From positions 1 through 58,015 of the IMG/VR virus record IMGVR_UViG_3300032241_001687: a stretch of 58,015 bases of DNA, one strand, 5' to 3'. Every line of letters begins with the position of its first letter. Position 1 is the first letter of the stretch. The notes under the pieces are model-generated. The model was not told the DNA's origin. It worked only from the letters and a program-made list of their open reading frames with translations, and ran no database searches. A program made the translations under genes and the position numbers. Of the stretch, positions 39,351 through 49,351 are shown piece after piece. Source of the DNA: a virus. Lineage: Duplodnaviria > Caudoviricetes.

Positions 39351-39963
39351 TTATATTAATTGTATGTAACTGTAGATTTACTACTAACGTTATTCTTTCT
39401 TCATCTCCACTGTAAGGAGTTACTTCGTGCCATACAATATTAGGACATACAATTAATCTATTTTTTTTAGTTTCTACTTTAAAGTATTTTGGATTAGAAT
39501 ATTCTTCTGTATAATCAAATGTAGGATCTATTAAAACTAACTGACCACCATTTTTTTTGTTATCTATATCATTTAAATAAAATATAGAAAATGCAGTAAT
39601 ATATGCATGAGTATGAGCACCTTTATAATCACCTTTTCTCATAAAAGGAAATTTACCAAAAGATAAAGCTAAATTTTTTGATATTTCATCTTTTGTTAAT
39701 TTATTATTATCATAAGATTGTGCCAATTCATAAAATCCATCAATAAACATATCTTTTAATTGTTTAATTTCAGAATATTTTGAAATATTTTCTTGTGTAA
39801 AAAAAGGTTTTGTTTGATTGCCTGCCTCAGAATAATTACCATCAACTTCTAAAAGTCTTGAAGAAAAATGAGAACGTACTATTGATTGGACAGTGTTATT
39901 CCAATCATCAGATAAATTAAAATCTTTTATTAATACATTTGTTTTGAAGGGTGTATAAATCAT
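39343..39963 (-). CDS. 2OG-Fe(II) oxygenase-like protein (HxH type)
   Basis: AHTHAYITAFSIFYL, GGQLVLIDP, VWHEVTPY and ERITLVVN. Confidence 0.8.
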   Translation of the reverse strand: MIYTPFKTNVLIKDFNLSDDWNNTVQSIVRSHFSSRLLEVDGNYSEAGNQTKPFFTQENISKYSEIKQLKDMFIDGFYELAQSYDNNKLTKDEISKNLALSFGKFPFMRKGDYKGAHTHAYITAFSIFYLNDIDNKKNGGQLVLIDPTFDYTEEYSNPKYFKVETKKNRLIVCPNIVWHEVTPYSGDEERITLVVNLQLHTININV

Positions 39964-39968
39964 AATTA

Positions 39969-39976
39969 TATTTATT
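39969..39976 (-). promoter_or_regulatory. Near-consensus late promoter AATAAATA heading the enzyme island
   Basis: One mismatch to TATAAATA, in the 20-nt gap just upstream of the ATG at 39963. Confidence 0.45.
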
Positions 39977-39983
39977 AATCAAA

Positions 39984-41381
39984 TTAAAGTATGATTGCTT
40001 GTATAATATTTGATGTACCTGTTGATGTATTACTATCTTCTAATGCAATTGCAAATATTTTTTCTTTCCAAACTTCACCTACTTTACATGCAAGTCCATT
40101 ATTATCTGCGATTAATTCATCACCTTTTGAAATAAATCCATTTACTTTAACTTTTACTTTACCTTTTAATGCAATTGGTTGACCTGTACCTTTGGCGTTC
40201 ATTAAATATGCAGGATTTTCTGAAATAACACCTATTGCTCTTTTACCAATGGAACTTGCAGTTACTTCTGCAGAACCACCTACCATCATTACTGTTCCAA
40301 CTTCATATTGTTGATCGGTAGCATAAATTTCAGCTAAATCGGCATAATCTGCACTTAATGATGTTGTATTTAAAATATTTAAATTTGGATTATAAGTTAA
40401 ATCTATATCTGTTCTTAATGCTTGATTTCCTGAATTACTAGCAACAAAAGGAACATAATAATTATTGTTATCTATATTTTGAGGTGTTACTGTTACCGTT
40501 GAAGCAATACTTGCAGTTCCAGTAAAACTAGTTGCAGTTACACTATTAAATGTAATAGAATCTCCTGCTACATTTAATTTTGAAGCTCTTATAGTATTAT
40601 CAGCAATATTACTATTTGTAATTGTACTAACTGCTATCATATTACCAGTAACAGTTCCACCATCAGAATTAGTTATAAGTGTACCTGTTATATTTGGTAT
40701 TGTAATTGTTCTATTTGCAGTAGGATCAGCAACTGTTAATGTTGTTTTATAAGCATCGTTTGTCGCACCTTCAAATTGAATATTTCCTGCAGTAGACAAA
40801 TATAAATTACCACCTAATGTAGTTAATCCTGTAACTCCCAAAGTTCCTGCAATAGATGTGTTACCAGTTGAACCTGCAACTGTAAATTTATTTGTATTAA
40901 TAGTTATATTTCCAATAGATGTATAAGAAGTTGCAGTTAGAGCACCTACGCCTAAAGTACCTGATGTAATTAAATTATTATTAGAAAATGAAATATTTCC
41001 ACCAGAAGAAGAAATACTTCCGCTAGATAAAGATAAATTAGAAACATTTAATTGCGTAGTAAGTGTAACTGTATTAGGTAAACCTATTGTTACAGTAGGC
41101 CCTGAACCAATAGAAACGGTAGTTTGATTATTAGTTCCATTAATAACAAGATTTGTTCCTGGGCCAATTAATTGAGTGTTATTTAAAGAATCTTTAATAT
41201 TAAAAGCAAAAGTACGTGCAACAAATTGAGAAATTTGAACAATAGCACCCATAACAGAGGTTGCATTTAATCCAGTTGTTGTTAATAAAGCGGGATCTCC
41301 AAAATCATTTGCTGTTAAGCTATTAAGCTTAATTCGCATTACATCTAGTGTATCTGTTGTATTAATTACTGTGACTGCCAT
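39984..41381 (-). CDS. Tail-fibre-like protein with C-terminal intramolecular-chaperone-like domain (465 aa)
   Basis: TDTLDVMRIKLN N-terminus, FEGATND..TTLTVADPTA.RTITIP motif, and C-terminal ADYADLAEIY...IGVISENPAYLMN...IALKGKV. Confidence 0.72.
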   Translation of the reverse strand: MAVTVINTTDTLDVMRIKLNSLTANDFGDPALLTTTGLNATSVMGAIVQISQFVARTFAFNIKDSLNNTQLIGPGTNLVINGTNNQTTVSIGSGPTVTIGLPNTVTLTTQLNVSNLSLSSGSISSSGGNISFSNNNLITSGTLGVGALTATSYTSIGNITINTNKFTVAGSTGNTSIAGTLGVTGLTTLGGNLYLSTAGNIQFEGATNDAYKTTLTVADPTANRTITIPNITGTLITNSDGGTVTGNMIAVSTITNSNIADNTIRASKLNVAGDSITFNSVTATSFTGTASIASTVTVTPQNIDNNNYYVPFVASNSGNQALRTDIDLTYNPNLNILNTTSLSADYADLAEIYATDQQYEVGTVMMVGGSAEVTASSIGKRAIGVISENPAYLMNAKGTGQPIALKGKVKVKVNGFISKGDELIADNNGLACKVGEVWKEKIFAIALEDSNTSTGTSNIIQAIIL

Positions 41382-41383
41382 AA

Positions 41384-41602
41384 TTATTTTTTAATAACCT
41401 CTTTTAATAATGATTTAATTTCAAACAATTCTGCTTTTAAAGTATTTATTTCTTTAACAGCATTTCTTATTTCATCACTTTGTTGTTGTCTTTTAGCGAT
41501 TCTTTCTTTATATAATTCAAATTCAGTTTTATTATTGTTTATAATAGCATTACTATTAGTATCTCTTACTAAAGATGAATATCCTTCTACTTTTAATTTC
41601 AT
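41384..41602 (-). CDS. Small conserved T4-like hypothetical protein
   Basis: KVEG...LVRD..SNAIIN followed by a coiled coil; likely start MKLK at 41602. Confidence 0.65.
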   Translation of the reverse strand: MKLKVEGYSSLVRDTNSNAIINNNKTEFELYKERIAKRQQQSDEIRNAVKEINTLKAELFEIKSLLKEVIKK

Positions 41603-41603
41603 A

Positions 41604-44600
41604 TTATGCAAATGCAATTCCTCTTAAATCCTGGAATACTGGAGGATAAGAAGAATTGGTTCCTTTTGATACAATTTTAATTTGAAATGCTGAAAATTGT
41701 GTTAGTCCACTTGCTGTATATTGATATTCAGTAAATGTAGCATTTGTTGCAGGTGTAACTGTAATATCTTCATTACCATCTGTATTAAATGGAATCCAAG
41801 ATAAATTAGTTATATTTCTAACTTCAGTTGCACTTGTTGTTCTGTAGTAAACTTTTACAATAGATGATGATCTAACGTTTGCTGTTAATCTAACTTGTAA
41901 AGTTGTAGATGGATTAGCTAATGTAATAGGACGATTTACATATATTGCTTTCGATGAACTTCCATAAGGTGCAAGATCATTAACATAATTTGGTGTATTT
42001 GCTGAAGTAGGATAATTTAATCTATTTTGTACTACTACCATACTCATTCTTGTTGTATCAATTACTGGAGATACTTTTGATGTTCCATCAACATCTATAT
42101 TATTTGTAGATAAATTTAATGTTAAAAATGCAGAACTATTTCCTAATGCAATTAAAGAAGTTTGTAAATTTTCATTTACTGCACTAGCAATCATTTGTGG
42201 AGCGGTAAAATAGATATTATCGCCTGGGTGTACATTAATAGCTGTAGAATTATAAACAAATTCTGTTTCAGAACCCTGAATTGATTTACCAGAAACAGTA
42301 TTTAATGAATAGTCAATTTCTGTTCCACTTACTGTTAATGTTTGTAAATTTAAATTTGCAACATCAAATTGTCTATTTTGTGTTGCGGTTATAGCAGTTC
42401 CTCCTATATCACCAGAAGCACTTGCAGTAATTGTTGTAGTAATATCATAACTATCTAAAGTTATATTTTGTAAATTTGTAAACGTTCCGTTTAATGCTGT
42501 TGATGCAATACCATTATAAGTTCCTGTAGGTATTCCAGCAATTGTAACTTGATCTGTTGAACTGTGCATACCGTGATTTCTATGGAATACTCTAACAATA
42601 TTTGAACCTAGAGTTGTTTGAAGAGCATTTGTTGCTAGTGTTTTAACAGATAAATCTTTGTTTACAAAATTAACACTTCCTTCTACGTTTGTAAAAGCAG
42701 CTCTGTATAGTGTAAACATAATATCTGTTGTTTGATCTGCTGTCCAAGTAGATCCATTTTGTGATTTAAAAAATACACCAGCATACGGATTAACAGAAAT
42801 TGTTCTATTTGTATCTACTTGTGTTTCTCCTATAGTTCCAACCCATGCATTGTAATTATTACACATTGATAATAAACAGAAACAATATTCTGTTTTTTCT
42901 TGTAAATAAACTGGTGAAGTAAATTTAAAATTAGTAGCTACACTTGCATCATCACTAATATTTACTGAACTTGGATTTAATACTACTTCGCTAAAAGGAA
43001 CTAAATTACGAGAAGGATATCCATTTACAACTTCTCTAATTTGCAATGTTACAGGAATGTTATTATCTTTTGATTGAAAATAAATGTCTATAGATGTTGC
43101 AAATATACCACCTGCATCATCTACTAAAAATGTTTCTGCGATAGGATCTATCCATTGTATTACCTGTTGAGTTGTTCTAGTAGAAGTTTGAGTTATAACT
43201 TGATTATCAGTTACATCTTGTCTTACAACACTAGCAACTCTTGTTGATACTATTGTGTTTTGTACTGTATCTATTGAACCAGAAGCAATATAATCACCTT
43301 CTGCTGATGTTTCAACATCATCTAAAGAATTTGTAATTGAACTTGTTAATCTAAATATTCTTGTACCTGTTCTCCATCTAGGATTAGCATCTACTTTAGG
43401 ATCAGGTATAACAAACGTTCCTGATACTGCACCATTTGCATCTGTAACTAAATTACCAGCTAAAGAACCACCTGTCGGAGTTACATAAGAAGTAACACTA
43501 ATTCCATCAAAGAAAGGATAAACTACTGTATTAGGTTTTAATCTAGTTCCAGTAAAACTAATTGTATTTTGTCTAATAAATGGAATAAATGCAATACTTA
43601 AAGTTTTATCTCCTAAAGATGTTTGAACAATTTGTGGAACAATTGCTGTTCTAATTCCTGTTCTTGTCTGTCCAATTTGTTGAGTAGTTGTAGTAGTAAC
43701 GTCTTGTGCTAATACTGTCCATCCACCTGCACCTCTACCATTTGCAGCTACGTTATTTCTTCCAACATAACTTCCTGAGGTTGTTGTTGTTTCTGTAGGT
43801 GTTCCTATCCATGAATCTTGCCACTCGTTCCATACAGTACTTAATTCAACACTTGTTAAATTAGGATTACCTAAATTGGCAACCATTGTATCATAAGAAC
43901 CTTGTTGATTTATAATAAGATCAGGAACTCTATTTGTTTCTTTCCAATCATCACCTGCAGGACTTAAATTTACAGAACCTGCCCAAGTAAATATACTAAA
44001 TGGATTTACGTTTTCATAATGACTTGCATATGGTTGAGTAATAACAGCTGTTTCTGAATAAGGTAAAGTAATTAAATCTCCAGTTTTTTGATAATTATTT
44101 GCACTACGAAGAGCATCAGTTGTATTTTTTTCAATAAAATTAACAGAATCAGAATTATATGTAGGTCTCATTAAACCATTTGCCATATCCATCGATACAC
44201 TATAGTCTAAATTTGTAGGATCACCTACTCCATGACCTGTAAAATTATCTACAAAAAAACCATTTTTATATCTGTCTAATCCATTAGCATCTTGTACTTG
44301 TAAAGATTGCGTTTGTGTTTCTAATAAAGATAATTGCGTATAATATTCTACATTTGCAATTCGTGTTTCTAAACGACCAATATCTCTCATAGTATAACGT
44401 TTATTATCTTGTTTATCTATGATTAAATCTTTTTCATTAAATGTATAAGGATTTAATGTTAATGTGTACAATTGCATTGCACTATCAATTCCTTTTGGAA
44501 TTGGAGGATTTGTTGAACTTGCACCTTCTACTAATTTAAATGTTCCATCTTTATCTAAAAATAATTTATCAATTCTAGGTAAATAATATTCTAAATCTTG

Positions 44601-47600
44601 ATGTGTTTGAGAATTAAATTGAATTACATCTACAGTTGAAGCACCTGTTCCTAAAGATGTTGAAGTAGCTTGATATGCTCTGTCTGAACTGCTACCATTT
44701 ATAGTAGAAGCATCTTGAACTCTAGGTCTAAAATCCAAACAGTCTCTTAATTGATAAACTATTCCAGTAGTATCAGATGTATAAGTGTAAATATTTTGAT
44801 AAGTTGTTACATCATTAGGATAAGAATCTACGCTAAAATAATCACCTGTACTATGAGTATAATAATTAAAAACAATTAATATTCTTCCTGTTGGTGCTTG
44901 AGAACCTGAATTTAATGTAAGTCTTCCAATATCGTAAAAATTATCTCTTTGTCCATTATCAAAAGTATAGCTTGATGTAATATTTGTATCATTTGTTGTT
45001 GCATTAGTATTAAAACTAGCATCACTAGACATATAAACATTTGCTGATATTATATCTGCATGACCTAAAGATATAAGAGATTGTTGTGCTGTTGTTTGTG
45101 TTGTTAAATTTAATGTAGCATTACTAACTAACGTTTTTGTTTTTTGATATGCAACCGATTTAAATATAGTTGCTATAATTTTTATTGTAGCAGTACCATA
45201 ATTAGCACCATAATTTAATGTTAAAGATTTTCCTGTTGGAGTTCCCGATAATGTAAATATTTGTGCTCCTAAATAATTATTTCCTGTTACTGCCAATACA
45301 TCACCAACACTTACTCCTGTTGAAGAACCAATACTTGTTACAGAAACAGCAAAATCTTTTTCTACTGCAGATGAAAATACTTCATTAGTACCTGTAGTTA
45401 AAGTTGCAGTACCATTAGTTAATGTAACTGAATATGCTCTTCTTATATAATAATTTGTATCTGACTGACTATTATTAGTTTGTGTATTTAAAGTTGCTAT
45501 TGTACTGTAAGGTAATTTAAATATACTTATGTTATCTTGTGCATCTTGTATAGCTGCTCTTCCTATATAACCAGTTGTTTTTGTACTTACATCGCTCGAT
45601 CCAACTGCTGTAGTAAATGTTAATTGCGTATCTGAAATAACTGCAGATACTATTCTTGTAATACTATTTCCAGCATCAGATGTAAAAGTAAATGAATCTC
45701 CAAATCTAACTTCTTGTGTAAATAATGTACCATATCCTTGTACTGGCGAAGATGCAGTATTACCACCTGAGTTTGCAATTGATATATTACCTGTAAGTTG
45801 ATTAAAACTTCCATAGGTATCTAAAGCACAGTCAGCTGTATATGGAGGACTTCCTACCATTCCAATTTGTTTTACATAACTAAAATCAAATTTTTGTGCT
45901 GCTAAATAACCTACTGCATTAGCTTGTAATGATGCACTTGTATTTGATGCTGCTATACCGTTAGTAGTATTACCTATACCTGTTATAGTTTCTCCAGATA
46001 TAAATGTACCTGTTACATTATTTAAAACAATAATTCCGTGCGTAGCACTACCACCAGAAGCATATGGTGTGTATGTAGATGAATTTACAGGAGTAATTCC
46101 ATCAGTTGCATATAAAGAAAATGAATTTGTAGAAACGTTTCTTACGGTATAAACGTTTCCATTTACTTGTGTCATTCCTACAACTCCAGTAATTTTAATT
46201 TGTTGACCTTCTAAAAATCCATGTGCAGTTGCTGTAACTACTGCTGTTGTAGCAACACTAATTCCTGTTATTGTTGCTGTTTGAGTTGCAGAATATAATT
46301 GTACATAACCAATTGCTTTTGATAATTGACCTTGAACAGCTTCACCTGCAGTAAAGCTACCAGAAGCTGGAACCGTAACAACAGTTGTTGCTGTAGGTAA
46401 ATGTAAATGAGTGTACATTTCTATATCAAATAGATAATGTTTATAATAAGCACTTGTTAATGATGAAGTTGAAAATACTCCTAATGTTGATATACCACTA
46501 TTTAATTCAAATCCTTTTGTTTTTGCAATACCAATTTGAGGAACATTTGCACCTACTGTCGATTGTAAAGTTCCTCTAACTGCTGTTGCAGTATTAAATA
46601 AATTAACTCTTTTAAATGCTTCACTAATTCCAGAAATAAAAGTTACATCAGGTGTACCATAAACATTTTTTACATTAACATAATTTCCTACTGTAAAATT
46701 TAAAGAAGAATTGTTTGCAGTAGCATAATCTCTTGCTTTTGGAATATTTACATAACTAGGTCCTAATGTTTGTATTTCATAACCTTTTACATAAGCTTTA
46801 CCAGGAGATATAACTGCAGTTAATAATGAATAATCTGGCAGACCACCTTGAGCAAAACTATAAATTCCTCTATTTGATCCGTCATTATATTGTTCTCGTA
46901 TATCTAAATCAAAATCTTTTACAACATAATCACCTGCTTGATCAAACGTTCTTCTTGCTAATGTATCTTCTAATACTGAATATTGTGATGAACCTATTTT
47001 ATTTTGTCTAATACCATTTTGTAATCTTAATAATTCTACAAAATTTGAATCATCTTGTTCTGTTAAACTTTTTTTAGACAAAGTTAATTGAATTTTAAAT
47101 CTGTCTGCACCAATAGCATTATAATTAGAAACTGTTGTACCATCTAGTTTAATTTGTGCAATATCAAATAAAGAAGAATCTTGCGCTGAATTTACAGTAC
47201 TTTCAGTTACAGTTAAACCAACTCTATAACTTGGTGTGTTAGTATAAGGATCTAAAATAAGAGTTGTATCATCAACTGCAACTTGAAATCCATTAATATA
47301 ATATACACCTGCAGCTATATTTGCTGAAGAACCTGTTGCTGTTGAATTTACAACAGCAGTTGCTAAACTTGTTGTACTAACGGTTTGACCATCTGTTGCA
47401 GTAGCTGTTGCTTTTAATGTTTCTCCATTTGTAAAAGTAATTGTAGCATTATCAGTTCCTGTTTTATTATATTTTACATATAGTGTATCAGGATTTGTTC
47501 CATCTGTTGCAACTGCATTAATACATACAGCAACAACACCAGATGTTTGTCCAGTTAAAGTAAGTCCAACATATGAATTTATATCTGTATATGTTTTTGA

Positions 47601-47840
47601 AGTTAATTTTACTGCATAATAATTTAAATCAAATGTAATTTCGCCAGGTATAACCATAGCGCCTTTTTCAAAAAGATAATCAGATACTCTTTCTACTTGA
47701 TTTTGTAATATAGATTGAGATTGTGTTAATTCTCTGGATTGAACTGCATATCCTGGTTTAAAAAGGATTCTATGAAATTTTTTTGTTGGATCGTAATCAT
47801 CATAATATGGAAACGAATTAAAATTTGTTTTTGCAGGCAT
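41604..47840 (-). CDS. Large baseplate/virion structural protein, DUF4815/VrlC-like (2078 aa)
   Basis: PYYDDY...ILFKPGYAVQSRELTQ.Q, LARRTFD..GDY, RYTMRDIGRLE.RI.NVEYYT.LSLLE, FFVDNF and DPIAETF. Confidence 0.85.
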   Translation of the reverse strand: MPAKTNFNSFPYYDDYDPTKKFHRILFKPGYAVQSRELTQSQSILQNQVERVSDYLFEKGAMVIPGEITFDLNYYAVKLTSKTYTDINSYVGLTLTGQTSGVVAVCINAVATDGTNPDTLYVKYNKTGTDNATITFTNGETLKATATATDGQTVSTTSLATAVVNSTATGSSANIAAGVYYINGFQVAVDDTTLILDPYTNTPSYRVGLTVTESTVNSAQDSSLFDIAQIKLDGTTVSNYNAIGADRFKIQLTLSKKSLTEQDDSNFVELLRLQNGIRQNKIGSSQYSVLEDTLARRTFDQAGDYVVKDFDLDIREQYNDGSNRGIYSFAQGGLPDYSLLTAVISPGKAYVKGYEIQTLGPSYVNIPKARDYATANNSSLNFTVGNYVNVKNVYGTPDVTFISGISEAFKRVNLFNTATAVRGTLQSTVGANVPQIGIAKTKGFELNSGISTLGVFSTSSLTSAYYKHYLFDIEMYTHLHLPTATTVVTVPASGSFTAGEAVQGQLSKAIGYVQLYSATQTATITGISVATTAVVTATAHGFLEGQQIKITGVVGMTQVNGNVYTVRNVSTNSFSLYATDGITPVNSSTYTPYASGGSATHGIIVLNNVTGTFISGETITGIGNTTNGIAASNTSASLQANAVGYLAAQKFDFSYVKQIGMVGSPPYTADCALDTYGSFNQLTGNISIANSGGNTASSPVQGYGTLFTQEVRFGDSFTFTSDAGNSITRIVSAVISDTQLTFTTAVGSSDVSTKTTGYIGRAAIQDAQDNISIFKLPYSTIATLNTQTNNSQSDTNYYIRRAYSVTLTNGTATLTTGTNEVFSSAVEKDFAVSVTSIGSSTGVSVGDVLAVTGNNYLGAQIFTLSGTPTGKSLTLNYGANYGTATIKIIATIFKSVAYQKTKTLVSNATLNLTTQTTAQQSLISLGHADIISANVYMSSDASFNTNATTNDTNITSSYTFDNGQRDNFYDIGRLTLNSGSQAPTGRILIVFNYYTHSTGDYFSVDSYPNDVTTYQNIYTYTSDTTGIVYQLRDCLDFRPRVQDASTINGSSSDRAYQATSTSLGTGASTVDVIQFNSQTHQDLEYYLPRIDKLFLDKDGTFKLVEGASSTNPPIPKGIDSAMQLYTLTLNPYTFNEKDLIIDKQDNKRYTMRDIGRLETRIANVEYYTQLSLLETQTQSLQVQDANGLDRYKNGFFVDNFTGHGVGDPTNLDYSVSMDMANGLMRPTYNSDSVNFIEKNTTDALRSANNYQKTGDLITLPYSETAVITQPYASHYENVNPFSIFTWAGSVNLSPAGDDWKETNRVPDLIINQQGSYDTMVANLGNPNLTSVELSTVWNEWQDSWIGTPTETTTTSGSYVGRNNVAANGRGAGGWTVLAQDVTTTTTQQIGQTRTGIRTAIVPQIVQTSLGDKTLSIAFIPFIRQNTISFTGTRLKPNTVVYPFFDGISVTSYVTPTGGSLAGNLVTDANGAVSGTFVIPDPKVDANPRWRTGTRIFRLTSSITNSLDDVETSAEGDYIASGSIDTVQNTIVSTRVASVVRQDVTDNQVITQTSTRTTQQVIQWIDPIAETFLVDDAGGIFATSIDIYFQSKDNNIPVTLQIREVVNGYPSRNLVPFSEVVLNPSSVNISDDASVATNFKFTSPVYLQEKTEYCFCLLSMCNNYNAWVGTIGETQVDTNRTISVNPYAGVFFKSQNGSTWTADQTTDIMFTLYRAAFTNVEGSVNFVNKDLSVKTLATNALQTTLGSNIVRVFHRNHGMHSSTDQVTIAGIPTGTYNGIASTALNGTFTNLQNITLDSYDITTTITASASGDIGGTAITATQNRQFDVANLNLQTLTVSGTEIDYSLNTVSGKSIQGSETEFVYNSTAINVHPGDNIYFTAPQMIASAVNENLQTSLIALGNSSAFLTLNLSTNNIDVDGTSKVSPVIDTTRMSMVVVQNRLNYPTSANTPNYVNDLAPYGSSSKAIYVNRPITLANPSTTLQVRLTANVRSSSIVKVYYRTTSATEVRNITNLSWIPFNTDGNEDITVTPATNATFTEYQYTASGLTQFSAFQIKIVSKGTNSSYPPVFQDLRGIAFA

Positions 47841-47848
47841 GTTTCACC

Positions 47849-49309
47849 TTAAAATTCTATTACTAATTTTATATTCTCCGTTTGGTCAGCAGCTCTAGCA
47901 ATTGGAGCTCTGTTTTCCGCATATATAATATCTCCACTTTTTTGATCAAGTTCCGGAGAAGAATATCCAGAAACAAATACAACATTGTTTATTGTTGAAT
48001 TAGTTGTTGAAGGTGTTCCCGTGGCACCAGATGAAGAACCTGTGACTATATTTACACCACTAAATTGAGTTTGATTTCCATTATTATCTATACCCTCATT
48101 AGTAAATCTTGTTTGTATGTAATATAAAATATTATTTGTTGAATCCCATTCTACTACTTTACCAACCGCACCTGTTGACGCTTGCGTAATAACCTCATCT
48201 GCAACAAATGTTCCAGGTGTAGGAGTATTAGCAAAATTTATTGCTTTGGTAGCTCTTAATGTATTTGCTGTAGCTAATGAACCACTTGATGTTGGATTTT
48301 TAATTAATATTATTCTTCTAAAATCGTTTGCAACTGTAAAGTCTCCTGAATTTGCTATTTCATTTCCATTTAATACAACATTTACTAAAACAAAATAACC
48401 TCCTAATTCTTTTACAGCATCATAACCATGCCCACCTGTTGGTTCTATAATACAATCTAATTCTGAACCTACTAAATTTGTAGCACCTGCAGCAACAATA
48501 TCAGAATTTTTAATATATGCAAAACTATAACCTGTACCTATATTGGTAACTGATACAGCATAAACTCCACCACCTGCTACTACTACAGATACTTTTCCAT
48601 TTTGACCATCACCACGAATTGGAATATTAGTATATGTTCCATTTAAACCATTTGTTCCAGCTGTTTTAATTTTTACAATATTAATTGCACCTGCAATAGC
48701 TGCAGATGATACAGTTGAATTAGTAGCAACAGCCATAAAGTCTGTTGATAAAAAATTTGATTGTTGTGATGCTGATAAAGTGTACATATATTTCCATTTA
48801 TAAAAATCAGAGGTTTGTATAATAGAAGTTGATGTTCCGGTTGGCATTACAGTAGAAGGAGAATTATTATAATTGTCTAAACATTTGTAAACATTAAAAT
48901 CTGAAGTTAAAATATAAAATGTAGAATCCCACAAAGTATATGCACCACTATATGAAGTTATTTGAGTTGTAGTTCCTGTGATATATTCACCATAATCGTG
49001 TCTATAGATATCATATACAGTTCCTGTTGTCCAATTATTTCTTGGAATAGAATAAGTTATATCTGTTGATTGAATTTTTTTAACAGCCAACACATCACTA
49101 TAATTATTATATTCAGATGAAACACTATCAATAGGTGTCAATGGTGCTGCATCAGTTCCTTCATTAACTGTTCTACCATCACCTCTTGTTTCTGATATAC
49201 TAAATGCTTGTGGTCTTCCAATTCCTAAATAATAATTTGTTGAACTAAAAGAATTGTAAAATTGTTGACTATTATTAATTCTAAATTTGTTTGTTATAAT
49301 TGCTGGCAT
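47849..49309 (-). CDS. gp8: Baseplate wedge subunit (T4 gp8)
   Basis: AIIT.KFRI, VYKCLDN, YKWKYMY, GGHG.D...ELG and SGDIIY.ENR.PI.RA.DQTE.IKLVIEF. Confidence 0.9.
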   Translation of the reverse strand: MPAIITNKFRINNSQQFYNSFSSTNYYLGIGRPQAFSISETRGDGRTVNEGTDAAPLTPIDSVSSEYNNYSDVLAVKKIQSTDITYSIPRNNWTTGTVYDIYRHDYGEYITGTTTQITSYSGAYTLWDSTFYILTSDFNVYKCLDNYNNSPSTVMPTGTSTSIIQTSDFYKWKYMYTLSASQQSNFLSTDFMAVATNSTVSSAAIAGAINIVKIKTAGTNGLNGTYTNIPIRGDGQNGKVSVVVAGGGVYAVSVTNIGTGYSFAYIKNSDIVAAGATNLVGSELDCIIEPTGGHGYDAVKELGGYFVLVNVVLNGNEIANSGDFTVANDFRRIILIKNPTSSGSLATANTLRATKAINFANTPTPGTFVADEVITQASTGAVGKVVEWDSTNNILYYIQTRFTNEGIDNNGNQTQFSGVNIVTGSSSGATGTPSTTNSTINNVVFVSGYSSPELDQKSGDIIYAENRAPIARAADQTENIKLVIEF

Positions 49310-49330
49310 AATTTTTAGTTTGTTCTGTTA

Positions 49331-49338
49331 TATTTATA
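49331..49338 (-). promoter_or_regulatory. T4-type late promoter TATAAATA
   Basis: Exact intergenic match upstream of gp8. Confidence 0.75.
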
Positions 49339-49351
49339 CATCATTTTAATA

